A DNA stretch of 46,067 nucleotides from Candidatus Uhrbacteria bacterium RIFCSPHIGHO2_01_FULL_63_20 (GCA_001791045.1 MGDT01000006.1:44957-91023); one strand, 5' to 3'; shown: positions 36,057 to 46,067, counted from the stretch's first letter. Notes: generated by a model not told the origin, from the sequence alone. Made by a program: numbers and translations.

Positions 36057-38216
36057 CTATTGTCCTGTGCGGAAGCCGTAGAGCGCGTCGGGGGTGAGCA
36101 CGTAGATGGTCTGCGCGGTCTCGTCCACGAGGAGGTCGGTGGCGTCCGTGAAGGCGTCGGCCACGTATTGGGTGAGGAGCGCGCCGTTTTCCTTGGCGAA
36201 CACCATCACGCGTTTCTGGGCGGGCTCGAGCACGTACACGCGGTCGCTCTCGAGGTCGGTCCACAGGTCGAGCGCGTCGGTCATGGCCGGCTCCACCTCG
36301 GAGGCGTCCCACCCGCTTTGCCCGCTGCTCACGAACCGGACCGGTCCCGTGGGGAGCAGCACGAACACGCTTCCGTCCACGGCGAGGCTGCGCGCGTCGG
36401 CAAGGGGGGTCGTCTTGGATCGGATCCATCCGGTGGGGGAGCCGAATCCGGACGCGGTGGCGTTGAACCGTTGCACCTGCGTGTCGGTTGGTGAGGATTC
36501 GAGCACGTACAGCCGGTCGCCGTACGCGGCCACGTCCTTCCAGTCGTTGCCCGCGTCCGGCAGGAGGTCGGTCACGCGCATATGCAGGAGCTCGGGGTCG
36601 AACAGCGAGATTCCCGGACGGTCGTCGAGGAAATACGCGGCCGTCTCGTCGGCGGACGCTTCCCGTGCCGCGCCGACCGAGGCGTCGGGAAGGGGGAGCG
36701 CGGTCGCGGTCTTCCCGACCGGATCCACGCGCACCACCTCGCGTGCGGCCGTGAACGCGTACAGGTTGGTTCCCACTTTCACGAGCGCGCGCGCGCCTTC
36801 AAGCGACGCGAAGCGCGGCAAGTCGGAGAGGCGCACCACGTGGCGGAGCTGGTCGAGCGCGGCTTCGATGTCGGATACGATCTTCGCGACCGCCTCTTGG
36901 CGTTCACGGGTGGCGGCGGCGACGGAGGCAAGCGTGGTGAGCGCCTCGGTGTAGAGGACGCGCGCGCGGTCCTCGTCGCGGTAGATGGCCGCGGCGGCGG
37001 CTTCCTCGCGCAGCTCCGACGCCGCGGCGAGGCGCGTCTCGAACGCGGCGTCGTCCGCATGCCGCGCTCGCGCGCTCGACAGCACCGAGATGCTCACCCC
37101 GAAGGCGACGAGCACGACGACGGCGGCCAGCGCGAGGTATCGGCTGGAGTTCGGCACGCTTCCGGCGCGGCGCAGCCATCCGCGCGCCACCTCGTCGGCG
37201 CGCAGGCGCGTTTCCCGCACGATGCGGGCGCGTCCGTCGGCGCGCGTCACGTCCACCGTGGCCCGGCCCGTCCAGAGCCCGGCGGCGACGAGAGCTTTCC
37301 CGGCGCCGAGCAGGCCGTGCACCACCCGCGACAAGGAGCGCGGGCGCGGAGCATCGGAGGCGGGGGCGCGCCGGAAGACGCGCTGCCAAAGTGACAGGAG
37401 CAGCGAGGCGTTCGGGGCCTGGTCCTCGATGAGCCGTCGCGTCTCCTCCCGCGAGGCGGCCAGCGTGGAGAGCGAAACCTCGGATTTCGGCTTGGCTTGG
37501 GTCGTCTCCGGCTCATCGGCTTCCACGCGCAGCACGAGCACGGACAGGACGTCGTTGAAGGCGAAATATTGGCGGATACGCGCCGCGGCGCCGGCGGGGG
37601 GAAGGGTCGAGAGGATGGCGCACAGCTCGTCGTTACCCACGGCCGGGGCCAGGTCCTTGCTCGCCACGCAAAACACGTCGCCCGGATGGAGCGATCCGTC
37701 GAGAACGACCGCGAACGGCTTTTCCCAGGTCGGGAGCGCTTGTTCGGTGTGGATGCCGCGCGACAGGTTGAACACCTGGTACCGCTGGTCAGGGGTCCGG
37801 TGGAGGAACAGGGCGGCCAGGTCTCCGGTGCCGGACAGGTACATCTCCTCCTCGCAGGCGATCCCGACCAGCGCGTGGAACTCCTTGATGGGGAGCGACC
37901 ACTCGGTGGCGCGCACCAGCTCCGAGACGCTCGCGTTGAGCGAGGAGAGGAACTCCTCGAAGCGGTGCTGCGCATGGTCGCCCGCCCCGAATGACGCCGA
38001 AAGCCTCTGTACCTGCTCCTCGACCGTGCGGCACAGGAGGTTCGCGTCCGGGGACGGGCGTTTGAGGCGCGCGAGGCACAACGCGAACACGAACCCGTCC
38101 CGGCCCGAGAGCGGCCAAAGCGTCGTGCGGGGGGCCGCGGGGGAGGGGCTCGGGTCGGCATAGGTGCCGGCCTTGAGCCTCGTGTTCGGTTCCATGCTTG
38201 CCGGTTTTTCTCGCAT
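36057..38216 (-). CDS. large membrane protein: degenerate PP2C-like N-terminal domain, TM, helical linker, beta-propeller-like C-terminus
   Basis: long ORF; G.L..GD pattern; central TM; repeated LYV/LAVDG..VL blades; start at 38216 or 38195. Confidence 0.7.
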   Translation of the reverse strand: MREKPASMEPNTRLKAGTYADPSPSPAAPRTTLWPLSGRDGFVFALCLARLKRPSPDANLLCRTVEEQVQRLSASFGAGDHAQHRFEEFLSSLNASVSELVRATEWSLPIKEFHALVGIACEEEMYLSGTGDLAALFLHRTPDQRYQVFNLSRGIHTEQALPTWEKPFAVVLDGSLHPGDVFCVASKDLAPAVGNDELCAILSTLPPAGAAARIRQYFAFNDVLSVLVLRVEADEPETTQAKPKSEVSLSTLAASREETRRLIEDQAPNASLLLSLWQRVFRRAPASDAPRPRSLSRVVHGLLGAGKALVAAGLWTGRATVDVTRADGRARIVRETRLRADEVARGWLRRAGSVPNSSRYLALAAVVVLVAFGVSISVLSSARARHADDAAFETRLAAASELREEAAAAAIYRDEDRARVLYTEALTTLASVAAATRERQEAVAKIVSDIEAALDQLRHVVRLSDLPRFASLEGARALVKVGTNLYAFTAAREVVRVDPVGKTATALPLPDASVGAAREASADETAAYFLDDRPGISLFDPELLHMRVTDLLPDAGNDWKDVAAYGDRLYVLESSPTDTQVQRFNATASGFGSPTGWIRSKTTPLADARSLAVDGSVFVLLPTGPVRFVSSGQSGWDASEVEPAMTDALDLWTDLESDRVYVLEPAQKRVMVFAKENGALLTQYVADAFTDATDLLVDETAQTIYVLTPDALYGFRTGQ

Positions 38217-38261
38217 GTGTAAGATTATACCCGACATTGGACGAGCGGCAACGGACCCCTG

Positions 38262-38885
38262 ATGATTCCTGATGTGAGTGGCCAAGAATTCAAGCTTGAA
38301 CAGTTGTTTGGCTCAAAGACACGTGCGCGGCTGCTCGGGTTGTTTTTGATGAATCCCGAGAAGGCCTACTTCGTGCGGGAGCTTACGAGGAAGATCGACG
38401 CGCAGCTCAATTCGGTGCGAAGGGAACTGAAAAACCTGGTGGAGCTCGGGTTGGTGGTCGAGAAGGCGGGCACGGCCGGAGCACGCCCTGGCGCGACGCT
38501 CGCCGAGAAGAAAAAGTACTACGCGGTCAACATGGATTTCGTGCTGTGTGACGACCTGCGCTCCATGTTCAAGAAGATGCAGATCCTGCTGAAGAAGTAT
38601 CTTGTTCAGGAGCTGGAGAAGCGAGGCAACGTGGAATACTTCGCGTTCACCGGACGGTTCGTGGAACGCAGCGACGTGCCCACCGACATCGTGATCGTCG
38701 GGTCCATCGATCCCGCCGAGCTCCAGCGATCCATCGTGCAGTTCGAGGGGGACTTGGGCCACGAGATCAACTACACATTGCTTCCCAAGGAGGAGTTCCT
38801 GTACCGCCGACAGGTCGCCGACCGGTTCCTCATGTCCATCTTGGGCGGGGAAAAGGTGGTGATGATCAACCGCTTGGGGGTATGA
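38262..38885 (+). CDS. winged-helix plus nucleotidyltransferase-like protein
   Basis: LFGSKTR..LL..F, YFVRELTR..NSVRREL..L...G HTH; TDIVIVG and EINY. Confidence 0.8.
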   Translation: MIPDVSGQEFKLEQLFGSKTRARLLGLFLMNPEKAYFVRELTRKIDAQLNSVRRELKNLVELGLVVEKAGTAGARPGATLAEKKKYYAVNMDFVLCDDLRSMFKKMQILLKKYLVQELEKRGNVEYFAFTGRFVERSDVPTDIVIVGSIDPAELQRSIVQFEGDLGHEINYTLLPKEEFLYRRQVADRFLMSILGGEKVVMINRLGV

Positions 38886-39277
38886 AGGCGCTTGCCATCC
38901 TGGCCCAGGACATCAACCGCCTGACCGTCGGGTGGGTGGAAGACGGGGGATTGGTACGCGAAACCGAGTTTGCATCCGGGCCCGAGAGCTGTTTGTCCTC
39001 GATCGATCGGTTCCTCAAGGAACAGGGCCGTTCCATCGACGAGGCGGAAGCGGTGCTGGTGGTGAACGGACCGGGCGCATTCACGGCGATCCGCGCGTCG
39101 ACCACGCTCGCGAACGCCATCGCGTTCGCCCGTTCCATTCCGGTCCATACGGCGGAAAACCCGACCCGATTGCCGTTGCGTGAGCTGGTGGCGGCCGGCG
39201 CGTTCCGCCCGGGGAACGGGTATGCCGTCCCCGTGTACGACCGTCCGCCGCACATCACCCTCCCGAAACGGGTGTGA
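38882..39277 (+). CDS. tsaB: TsaB-like t6A biosynthesis protein (short)
   Basis: VVNGPGAFTAIR...ANAIA matches GPGSFTGxR; C-terminal PVY..PP.IT. Confidence 0.75.
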   Translation: MKALAILAQDINRLTVGWVEDGGLVRETEFASGPESCLSSIDRFLKEQGRSIDEAEAVLVVNGPGAFTAIRASTTLANAIAFARSIPVHTAENPTRLPLRELVAAGAFRPGNGYAVPVYDRPPHITLPKRV

Positions 39278-39356
39278 ACAACTCCCTTGCGCACAGCCCG
39301 TAATAGGGATATAGCTGGTAGCACAGACCCCTTCTAATCACCCAATCGTCCGTCTT

Positions 39357-40037
39357 ATGACGCCGACCGTGAACGTGTTCCAGGATTCATTACTCAGCCT
39401 TTGGGACGAAATCCTCGTCTCGCTCCCGAACGTGCTGGCCGCCGTCGTGGTGTTCGTGGCCGGTCTCGTGGTCGCGGCCGTGCTCTCCCGCATCGTGGAG
39501 AAGGCCGTGGAGCTCCTGCGCCTCGACGATCTCGTCTCGCGCCTCGATCTCAAGGCCGCGCTCGAGCGCGTCGGGCTGCGCCTGCACGTGGGGCACCTGC
39601 TTGGATGGATCGTGCGGTGGTTCTTCGTCATCGTGTCGCTCATCGCGGCGACCGACATCCTGGGCTGGGAACAGGTCACCGATTACCTGAAGCAGGTGGT
39701 GCTCTACGTCCCGAACGTGATCATCGCGGTGATCATCCTGCTCGCCGGGATCCTGCTCGCGAACTTCGTGCGCAACGTGGTGAAGTCGGCCGTGGAAGCC
39801 GCGCAGCTCTCGAGCGCCGATTTCCTCTCCGGCATCGCCAAGTGGGCCATCCTCGTGTTCAGCTTCATGGCGGCGTTGGTACAGCTGCAGATCGCGACCG
39901 CGATCATCAACACGCTGTTCACGGGCCTCGTGGCCATGCTCGCGCTTTCCGGCGGCCTCGCCTTCGGCCTGGGCGGCAAGGAACACGCCAACCGCGTCCT
40001 CGAGCGCTTGCGCCGCGACCTCTCGAGCGAACGGTAG
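39357..40037 (+). CDS. MscS-associated TM-helix (CmpX-like) membrane protein
   Basis: two LPN/VPN..A....G repeats and AFGLGGKE. Confidence 0.8.
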   Translation: MTPTVNVFQDSLLSLWDEILVSLPNVLAAVVVFVAGLVVAAVLSRIVEKAVELLRLDDLVSRLDLKAALERVGLRLHVGHLLGWIVRWFFVIVSLIAATDILGWEQVTDYLKQVVLYVPNVIIAVIILLAGILLANFVRNVVKSAVEAAQLSSADFLSGIAKWAILVFSFMAALVQLQIATAIINTLFTGLVAMLALSGGLAFGLGGKEHANRVLERLRRDLSSER

Positions 40038-40046
40038 GAAATCAAA

Positions 40047-40102
40047 GGCCGCCCCGGGCTCTCCCGACCGAAGCGTCGGGATTGATTCCGGGGCGGTTTT
40101 TT
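40047..40102 (+). terminator. intrinsic terminator with an internal hairpin
   Basis: GCCGCCCCGG...CCGGGGCGGTTTTTT enclosing TCCCGAC-N6-GTCGGGA. Confidence 0.6.
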
Positions 40103-40120
40103 GCTAAGGTTTCCCCCGAT

Positions 40121-41608
40121 ATGGACGGCTTTTACGGGTACAAATATGGCCGGATGCGCTTCTGGGAGATTCTCCCCGGATCGCTCGTGTGGAGCACCTT
40201 CTTTTTGGGCGTCGCGCTGTCGTTCTTCGCCCCGGTGTACGTGGTGGTGTTCATCATCGTGTTCGACCTGTACTGGTTCTTCCGCGTCGCCTACTTCGTC
40301 ATCTTCCTGTTCGTGGCCTGGATCGCGGTGCGCCGGGCCGGGAAGGTGGACTGGGCCGCGCGCGTGCGCGAGGTCGCCGGATCGGACCGCGTGCATCACC
40401 TGGTGTTCCTGCCGACCTACAAGGAAGAACTGCCGGTCATCCGCTCGACGTTCCGGTCGTTCCTGTCCGCGCACGCGTCGCACGAGCGCATGATCGTCGT
40501 GCTCGCCGGCGAGGAACGCGACGCGGTCCGCTTCCGCAAGAACGCGGCCGCGATCGAGCGCGAGTTCGGTCACCGGTTCAAGAAGATCATCGTGACCGAA
40601 CACCCCCAAGGGCTCCCGGATGAGATCCCCGGAAAGGGGTCCAACCTCGCTTGGGCGGGCCGTCGCGTCGCCGAGGTGCTCGAGGCCGAATTCCCGGACG
40701 TGAAGGACGAGGACGTGGTGGTGTCCGCGTTCGACGTGGACACGGTGGTGCATCCGCAGTATTTCGCCTACCTCACGTACTTGTATCGCACCGTCCCGAA
40801 TCCCACGCGAACGAGCTACCAGCCGGTGGCGCTCTTTTCGAACACCATCTGGACCGCGCCCGCGCCGGTGCGCATCGCCGCGTTCGGCACCACCTTCTGG
40901 CTCATGGGCGAGCTCGCGCGTCCCGAACGGCTGTGGACTTTTTCGAGCCACTCCATGCCCTGGGTGATGCTCAAGGACGTGGGGTTCTGGCAAAGGGACA
41001 TCGTGAGCGAGGACAGCCGCATCTTCCTGCAGGCGTTCGTGCACTATCACGGCGACTACCGCGTCACTCCCATGTACCTGCCGGTGTCCATGGACACGGT
41101 GGCCGGGAAGACCTATCTTGAGTCGCTCAAGGCCCTGTACAAGCAGCAGCGCCGATGGGCCTGGGGGGTCGAGCACTTGCCGGCCATGGTCGCGGCGTTC
41201 TCACGGGAGAAGCGCATCCCGTTCTCGAAGAAGTTCCGTTACCTCTTCAACCACCTGGAAGGGATGTACACCTGGGCGACGGCCCCGCTGCTCATCTTCC
41301 TGCTGGGCCAGCTCCCGCTCGCCCTCGTGCGCGATCCCGACGCGCTCATCCAAGCGGCGCCGTTCACCTTGCAGCAGATCATGCAGCTCGCCATGGCCGG
41401 CGTGTTCGTGTCCGGCATCCTGTCGCTCACTTTGCTTCCGCCACGGCCCAAGACCGTGAAGGGATGGGCGTGGCTCGTCATGATCGCGCAGTGGATGCTC
41501 CTCCCGGTCACGTTCATCGCGTTCGGCGCGCTGCCGGCCATCGACGCGCAGACGCGCTTCCTGCTCGGCAGATACCTCGGGTTCAACGTCACGAAGAAGG
41601 GCCGGTGA
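40121..41608 (+). CDS. membrane GT2-family glycosyltransferase (processive-type motifs)
   Basis: PTYKE, GKG.N, DVD, SED and QQRRW (QxxRW) motifs; flanking TMs. Confidence 0.85.
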   Translation: MDGFYGYKYGRMRFWEILPGSLVWSTFFLGVALSFFAPVYVVVFIIVFDLYWFFRVAYFVIFLFVAWIAVRRAGKVDWAARVREVAGSDRVHHLVFLPTYKEELPVIRSTFRSFLSAHASHERMIVVLAGEERDAVRFRKNAAAIEREFGHRFKKIIVTEHPQGLPDEIPGKGSNLAWAGRRVAEVLEAEFPDVKDEDVVVSAFDVDTVVHPQYFAYLTYLYRTVPNPTRTSYQPVALFSNTIWTAPAPVRIAAFGTTFWLMGELARPERLWTFSSHSMPWVMLKDVGFWQRDIVSEDSRIFLQAFVHYHGDYRVTPMYLPVSMDTVAGKTYLESLKALYKQQRRWAWGVEHLPAMVAAFSREKRIPFSKKFRYLFNHLEGMYTWATAPLLIFLLGQLPLALVRDPDALIQAAPFTLQQIMQLAMAGVFVSGILSLTLLPPRPKTVKGWAWLVMIAQWMLLPVTFIAFGALPAIDAQTRFLLGRYLGFNVTKKGR

Positions 41609-41609
41609 T

Positions 41610-42656
41610 ATGGCTAGGGCGCAGGTCACCATCGTCGCTTGGAACAGCCTTCGGTACCTGCCGGAACTGTTGGATTCGCTTTCCGCGCAGACGTTCAAGG
41701 ACTTCCAGGTGCTGATCGTGGACAACGCGAGCACCGACGGGACGAACGCGTACCTGCGCGCCCATCATCCGGACGCCACCACCATCCTGAACGCGCGCAA
41801 CCTCGGGTTCGCGGCCGCGCACAACCAGGGGATCCGCTACGCGATGCAGCGCTGGAGCCCCGACGAACGCGCCATGCGTTACGTGCTCGTGACCAACCCC
41901 GACGCCATCCTCGAACCCGATTACCTCGAACGCGTCGTCGCGGAAGCCGACGCGCACCCCGGACTCGGGAGCGTCGGCGGGAAGCTGCTTCGCGCGTTCG
42001 GGGAACCTCGTGAAGAAGAAGGGGTGCGCGAGACCATGAAGAGCGACCTCATCGATTCCACCGGGTTGCGCGCCACCCGCGGGCGGTCCTTCGCCGATCG
42101 CGGGGCGGGGGAAGTGGATCGGGGCCAGTACGACCAGGCACGCGGCGTGTTCGGCGTCTCGGGGGCGCTCGCGCTGTATCGCGCGAGCGCGCTTGAGGAG
42201 GCCAAGACCGGAGAGGAGTATTTCGACGCCGACTTCTTCGCCTACAAGGAAGACGTGGATCTCGCGTGGCGGCTGCGCCTGCTCGGGTGGGGCTCGCGGT
42301 TCCTCCCCGAGGCCAAGGCGTACCATCATCGCGGGGTGTACGGGACCGAGAAGGCGGGGTTCCTCTCGCGGCTGCGTGAACGGCGCGCGCGTTCGGTCAC
42401 GCGCTCCTCGTATTCCGCGCGCAATCACTGGTGGCTGCTCATGAAGAACGAACTCGCGTTGAACGCGCTCATCGCGCTCCCGTGGATCAGCGCGCGGGAG
42501 CTCTCCCGCGTCGGCTACGTGGCCCTGTTGGAGACGCGTACGCTCGGCGCGTTCTTCGCGTCCGTCTTCGGGATCCCGAGGATGTGGCGCAAACGCCGTG
42601 AGATCATGCGTCGCCGCAAGGCGAGCGCCTCGGAGATGCGGAGCTGGTTCGTATGA
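41610..42656 (+). CDS. GT2-family glycosyltransferase
   Basis: VDNASTDG, NLGFAAAHNQG, NPD and FFAYKEDVDLAWR motifs. Confidence 0.9.
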   Translation: MARAQVTIVAWNSLRYLPELLDSLSAQTFKDFQVLIVDNASTDGTNAYLRAHHPDATTILNARNLGFAAAHNQGIRYAMQRWSPDERAMRYVLVTNPDAILEPDYLERVVAEADAHPGLGSVGGKLLRAFGEPREEEGVRETMKSDLIDSTGLRATRGRSFADRGAGEVDRGQYDQARGVFGVSGALALYRASALEEAKTGEEYFDADFFAYKEDVDLAWRLRLLGWGSRFLPEAKAYHHRGVYGTEKAGFLSRLRERRARSVTRSSYSARNHWWLLMKNELALNALIALPWISARELSRVGYVALLETRTLGAFFASVFGIPRMWRKRREIMRRRKASASEMRSWFV

Positions 42657-43462
42657 CGGACGTTTCCATCCTCATCGTGCACTACAACACCCCGCTGTTG
42701 CTTCGGCAGACGCTCTTGGGGATCCGCCGCGCGGCTCCGCAGGTGCGTTACGAGGTAATCGTGGTGGACAACAACCCAGCCTGCCGCGTGGAGGAGGCCG
42801 TACGGCGCGAGTTCCCGGAGGTGCGCGTGCTCGTTGCCCCGCGTAACCTTGGATTCGGGGCCGGGATGAACCTGGCGATTCCCTCTTCGCGCGGCCGGTA
42901 CCTGTTCGTGTTCAATCCCGACATCGCGATGACGTCGGGGAGCCTCGAGGAGCTGGTACGGTTCATGGACGCCTCGCCGACGGTGGGGATGTGCGGGCCG
43001 CAGTTGTTGCATCCGGACGGATCGGTGCAGGCGAGCTGTTTCCGGTTCATGGATCCCGAGGTGATCGCCTGGCGCCGGCTGCCGGGAGCCTCCCGTTTCC
43101 CTCGCGCCCGCCGCGTGCTGGACGCCTACGTGATGGCCGACTGGGATCATGCGGACACGCGCGAAGTGGATTACCTGCTTGGCGCGTCGATGTTCGCGCG
43201 CCGCGAAGCCGTGGATGAGGTCGGCGGGTTCGATCCGGCGTTCTTCGTGTACTTCGAGGACCAGGATTGGTGCCGTCGCTTTTGGGAAGCCGGATGGAAG
43301 GTGGCGTATCACCCGCTTTCGCGCATGGTGCATTACCACCGTCGTGAGACCGCGGAAGGATCGCTCCTGAAGCAGATCCTCAATCCGCTCACCCGCGTGC
43401 AGCTCAAGAGTGCGCTATACTACTATCGTAAATGGAGGGGGAAACATGTCCCACAGCGCTAA
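42653..43462 (+). CDS. GT2-family glycosyltransferase (WbbL-like)
   Basis: VVDN, NLGFGAGMN, NPD and GGFD..FFVYFED.DWC motifs. Confidence 0.9.
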   Translation: MTDVSILIVHYNTPLLLRQTLLGIRRAAPQVRYEVIVVDNNPACRVEEAVRREFPEVRVLVAPRNLGFGAGMNLAIPSSRGRYLFVFNPDIAMTSGSLEELVRFMDASPTVGMCGPQLLHPDGSVQASCFRFMDPEVIAWRRLPGASRFPRARRVLDAYVMADWDHADTREVDYLLGASMFARREAVDEVGGFDPAFFVYFEDQDWCRRFWEAGWKVAYHPLSRMVHYHRRETAEGSLLKQILNPLTRVQLKSALYYYRKWRGKHVPQR

Positions 43463-45452
43463 TTTCCTGCACCACGTCGAACCGGCTCCGACTCATCGCC
43501 GCCACAAGCGGCGGCGGGTGTTCGGGCCGCTGTTCGCCGTGATCGCGCTCGCGCTCGTGGGATATGCCATCTGGCTCGCGGTCGCCGTCGGAGCGATCCT
43601 TGCCGCGGCCTCCGACGGGCGTGACGCGCTCGAGCGCTCGCGCGAGAGCGCCGAGGCGTTGGATTTCGAGGCGGCGCTCGTCGACCTGCGCCTGGCGGAC
43701 GACACCTTCGATCGCGCGCAGCGGCATCTGTCCGCGCTCGCGCCGCTCAAGGCGCTCCCGTGGGTCGGGACGCACGCGAAGGCGGCGGCGGCGCTGGTTG
43801 ATTCCGGCCGCAGCGTCGTCGCGGCGCTCGAGGAAGCGGTGGAGATCGGCGCCGACCTGGTGCGGTTGTCGGGGTTGTCCGCGCAGGACCTGGCCGACCT
43901 CGCCGAAGGGGCCGGCGGCCGCGTGAGCTTCGAGGACCTGCCGTCCGACACGAAACGCGCCATGTTGCGCCGGCTCGTCTCGTCCGCCGACGAGATCGAC
44001 CGGACGGTGGCGAGCATCGCGATCGCGCGCGACGAGCTGTCCGACCTCGACCGCACCGCGCTTTCCTCGCCGGTCCTCGCGGCGCTCGCGCCCGTGGACG
44101 CGAAGCTCGCGGGACTCGAGGCCATGATGCGGCTCCTCGCCCGCGCCGCGCGCGTGCTTCCGGCGTTCGCCGGCGCCGACGGAACGAAGACCGCGCTCCT
44201 CCAGTTCCTGAACGACACCGAGCTCCGGCCCGGCGGCGGGTTCATCGGCACCTACGGCGTGCTCGAGGTGAAGGACGCCGACATCGCCTCGCTCTCCACC
44301 CACGACGTATATGAGCTCGACGGCGCGGCCGCGCACGGCGTGACCGAACCGCCCCCGCCCCCGCTCAACCGCTATCTGGGCGCGGACAAATGGTTCTTCC
44401 GCGACGCCAACTGGTCGCCGGACTTCGCCGTCTCAGCGGAAACCTCCTTGCGGTTGTTCGCCCTCGAGGAACGCGCGAGCGGCCGTACGCCGACGGCGTT
44501 CGACGGGGTGATCGGGTTCACGACCGGTTTCGCCGCCGACCTCCTGCGGCTGACCGGCCCTCTCGAGGCCGGGGGCCAGACGTTCACTCCCGAGAACGTC
44601 GCCGACCGCCTGGAATACCAGGTGGAATTCGGGTACGCGGGGCAGGGGATCCCGCCCGAGCAGCGCAAGGCGATCCTCTCCGAACTCGTGGAAAAGATGA
44701 AGTCCGAGGTGTACGCGCTCCCCAGCTCGCGATGGAGCGCGTTCGCGACCGTCGTGGAACGCGCGCTCGTCGACAAACGGCTCATGCTCTACAGCCGCGA
44801 CGCGAAGGCCCAGGCCGTGATCGCGTCGGTGGGCTGGGGCGGCGCGGTGAAGACGCCCGCGTGGGGCGACGCGCTCATGGTCGTGGACGCGAACCTCGCG
44901 AGCCTGAAGAGCGACCCGTCGGTGCATCGCTCCGTGCGGTACGCGATCGCGCAAAACGCCTCGGGGGAGTACGTGGGTCGCACCACCATCCGCTATGAGC
45001 ACGCCGGACGGTTCGATTGGAAGACCACGCGCTATCGCACCTACACGCGGGTGTACGCGCCCTACGGCAGCAAGCTCCTGCGCGTCGAAGGATCGCTCGC
45101 CGACGACAAGATCAGGAACCCCTCGCTCGCGGCGGGGAGCCCGGACGTGTTCACCGAGCTCGGGTTCACGACCTTCGGCGCCTTCACCGCGGTGGAACCC
45201 GGGCAGACGCGCGAACTCGCCTTCGAATACCTGCTTGCGCAGAGCGTGGTGGATGCCATCCGTTCGGGCTCGTACCGGCTCGCGGTGTTCAAGCAGGCCG
45301 GAGCCGCGGACAACGGGTTGACGCTCCATCTCGATTTTGGTAAGAACCTCACGGACGCGTCCGTCCCCGAGGACCTGAGCCGGTGGGGGGATGACACCTA
45401 CAATCTGAACACGAAATTGGATCAGGACCTGGTGTTCGAGGTGGATCTGTGA
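43446..45452 (+). CDS. DUF4012-domain membrane-anchored protein
   Basis: N..ELRPGGGFIG and RDANWSPDF motifs; N-terminal TM. Confidence 0.85.
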   Translation: MSHSANFLHHVEPAPTHRRHKRRRVFGPLFAVIALALVGYAIWLAVAVGAILAAASDGRDALERSRESAEALDFEAALVDLRLADDTFDRAQRHLSALAPLKALPWVGTHAKAAAALVDSGRSVVAALEEAVEIGADLVRLSGLSAQDLADLAEGAGGRVSFEDLPSDTKRAMLRRLVSSADEIDRTVASIAIARDELSDLDRTALSSPVLAALAPVDAKLAGLEAMMRLLARAARVLPAFAGADGTKTALLQFLNDTELRPGGGFIGTYGVLEVKDADIASLSTHDVYELDGAAAHGVTEPPPPPLNRYLGADKWFFRDANWSPDFAVSAETSLRLFALEERASGRTPTAFDGVIGFTTGFAADLLRLTGPLEAGGQTFTPENVADRLEYQVEFGYAGQGIPPEQRKAILSELVEKMKSEVYALPSSRWSAFATVVERALVDKRLMLYSRDAKAQAVIASVGWGGAVKTPAWGDALMVVDANLASLKSDPSVHRSVRYAIAQNASGEYVGRTTIRYEHAGRFDWKTTRYRTYTRVYAPYGSKLLRVEGSLADDKIRNPSLAAGSPDVFTELGFTTFGAFTAVEPGQTRELAFEYLLAQSVVDAIRSGSYRLAVFKQAGAADNGLTLHLDFGKNLTDASVPEDLSRWGDDTYNLNTKLDQDLVFEVDL

Positions 45453-45455
45453 AAT

Positions 45456-46067
45456 ATGTTCGCAAAAAAAATCGGCATCGACTTGGGAACGACGACCGTG
45501 CTTGTTTACGTTCCCAAGCGCGGGATCATCCTGCATGAGCCGTCGGTGGTCGCCGTTTCTTCCATCGACAACAAGGTGTTGGCGGTGGGGAAGGAGGCCA
45601 AGGACATGCTCGGCCGCACGCCGGACACCATCGTCGCGCGCCGTCCGCTCAAGGACGGCGTCATCGCGGATTACCGCACCACCGAAGCGATGCTCCGGTA
45701 TTTCATCAACAAGGCGCTCGGCGGCGTCCGGCTGTTCCGTCCCGAGGTCATGGTGGCCGTGCCCGGCGGCATCACCTCGACCGAACGCCGCGCGGTGATC
45801 GACGCGGCGATCGCGGCGGGCGCGAAGGCGGCGTACGTGATCAAGGAACCGATCGTGGCCGCCATCGGGGCCAACATCCCGATCGGCAGCCCCTCGGGAC
45901 ACATGATCATCGACATCGGGGGAGGCACGTCTGAAATGGCCGTCATCTCGCTGGGCGGCATCGTGGCGTCCGAGTCGGTGCGCATCGGCGGGGTCAAGTT
46001 CGACGCGGCGATCGGGGAGTACGTGCGCCGCAAATACGGGCTCGCGATCGGCGAGCGCACCGCCGAA
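45456..46067 (+). CDS. mreB: rod shape-determining protein MreB/Mbl (truncated by the window end)
   Basis: translated by eye: [37 protein letters not shown]; missing from the ORF track because it has no stop. Confidence 0.95.
   Translation, partial: MFAKKIGIDLGTTTVLVYVPKRGIILHEPSVVAVSSIDNKVLAVGKEAKDMLGRTPDTIVARRPLKDGVIADYRTTEAMLRYFINKALGGVRLFRPEVMVAVPGGITSTERRAVIDAAIAAGAKAAYVIKEPIVAAIGANIPIGSPSGHMIIDIGGGTSEMAVISLGGIVASESVRIGGVKFDAAIGEYVRRKYGLAIGERTAE

Noticed and set aside
197-45902. Many long antisense or alternate-frame ORFs (e.g. 197-1912, 4342-6216, 10183-12222, 30812-33700, 44433-45902)
   Set aside because: Shadow ORFs of high-GC coding DNA lying over well-supported genes.

Overview
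High-GC bacterial chromosomal segment of mostly housekeeping genes. It is most consistent with a Candidate Phyla Radiation/Patescibacteria (Parcubacteria/ABY1-like) genome; this is an inference from the archaeal-type UMP kinase, short EF-Ts, DUF4012, DUF3048, TM0106-type nuclease, orphan PaaX/Cas2-like gene and the general lack of Shine-Dalgarno motifs. It carries translation genes (rplY, prmC, prfA, rpmE, queA, rpsB-tsf, rplJ-rplL, tsaB-like), a glycolysis cluster (gap-ndh-pgk-eno-[HAD, PaaX-like]-gpmI), repair genes (uvrD, a lexA-small ORF-dinB SOS cassette, xseAB), envelope genes (mltG, three GT2s, DUF4012, partial mreB) and several hypotheticals. The standout is a ~1 kb non-coding unit on the minus strand (~3876 to 2886). 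It has its own sigma70-type promoter, an intrinsic terminator and many GNRA-capped, G-U-containing hairpins, so it is a candidate giant structured ncRNA. Other oddities are a PaaX/Cas2-like gene bracketed by two 28-bp repeats with a compensatory base change, a MetK with altered active-site motifs, short palindromic and heptamer repeats inserted into conserved genes, and a perfect 23-bp inverted repeat. All product names come from motif recognition; no database searches were run.
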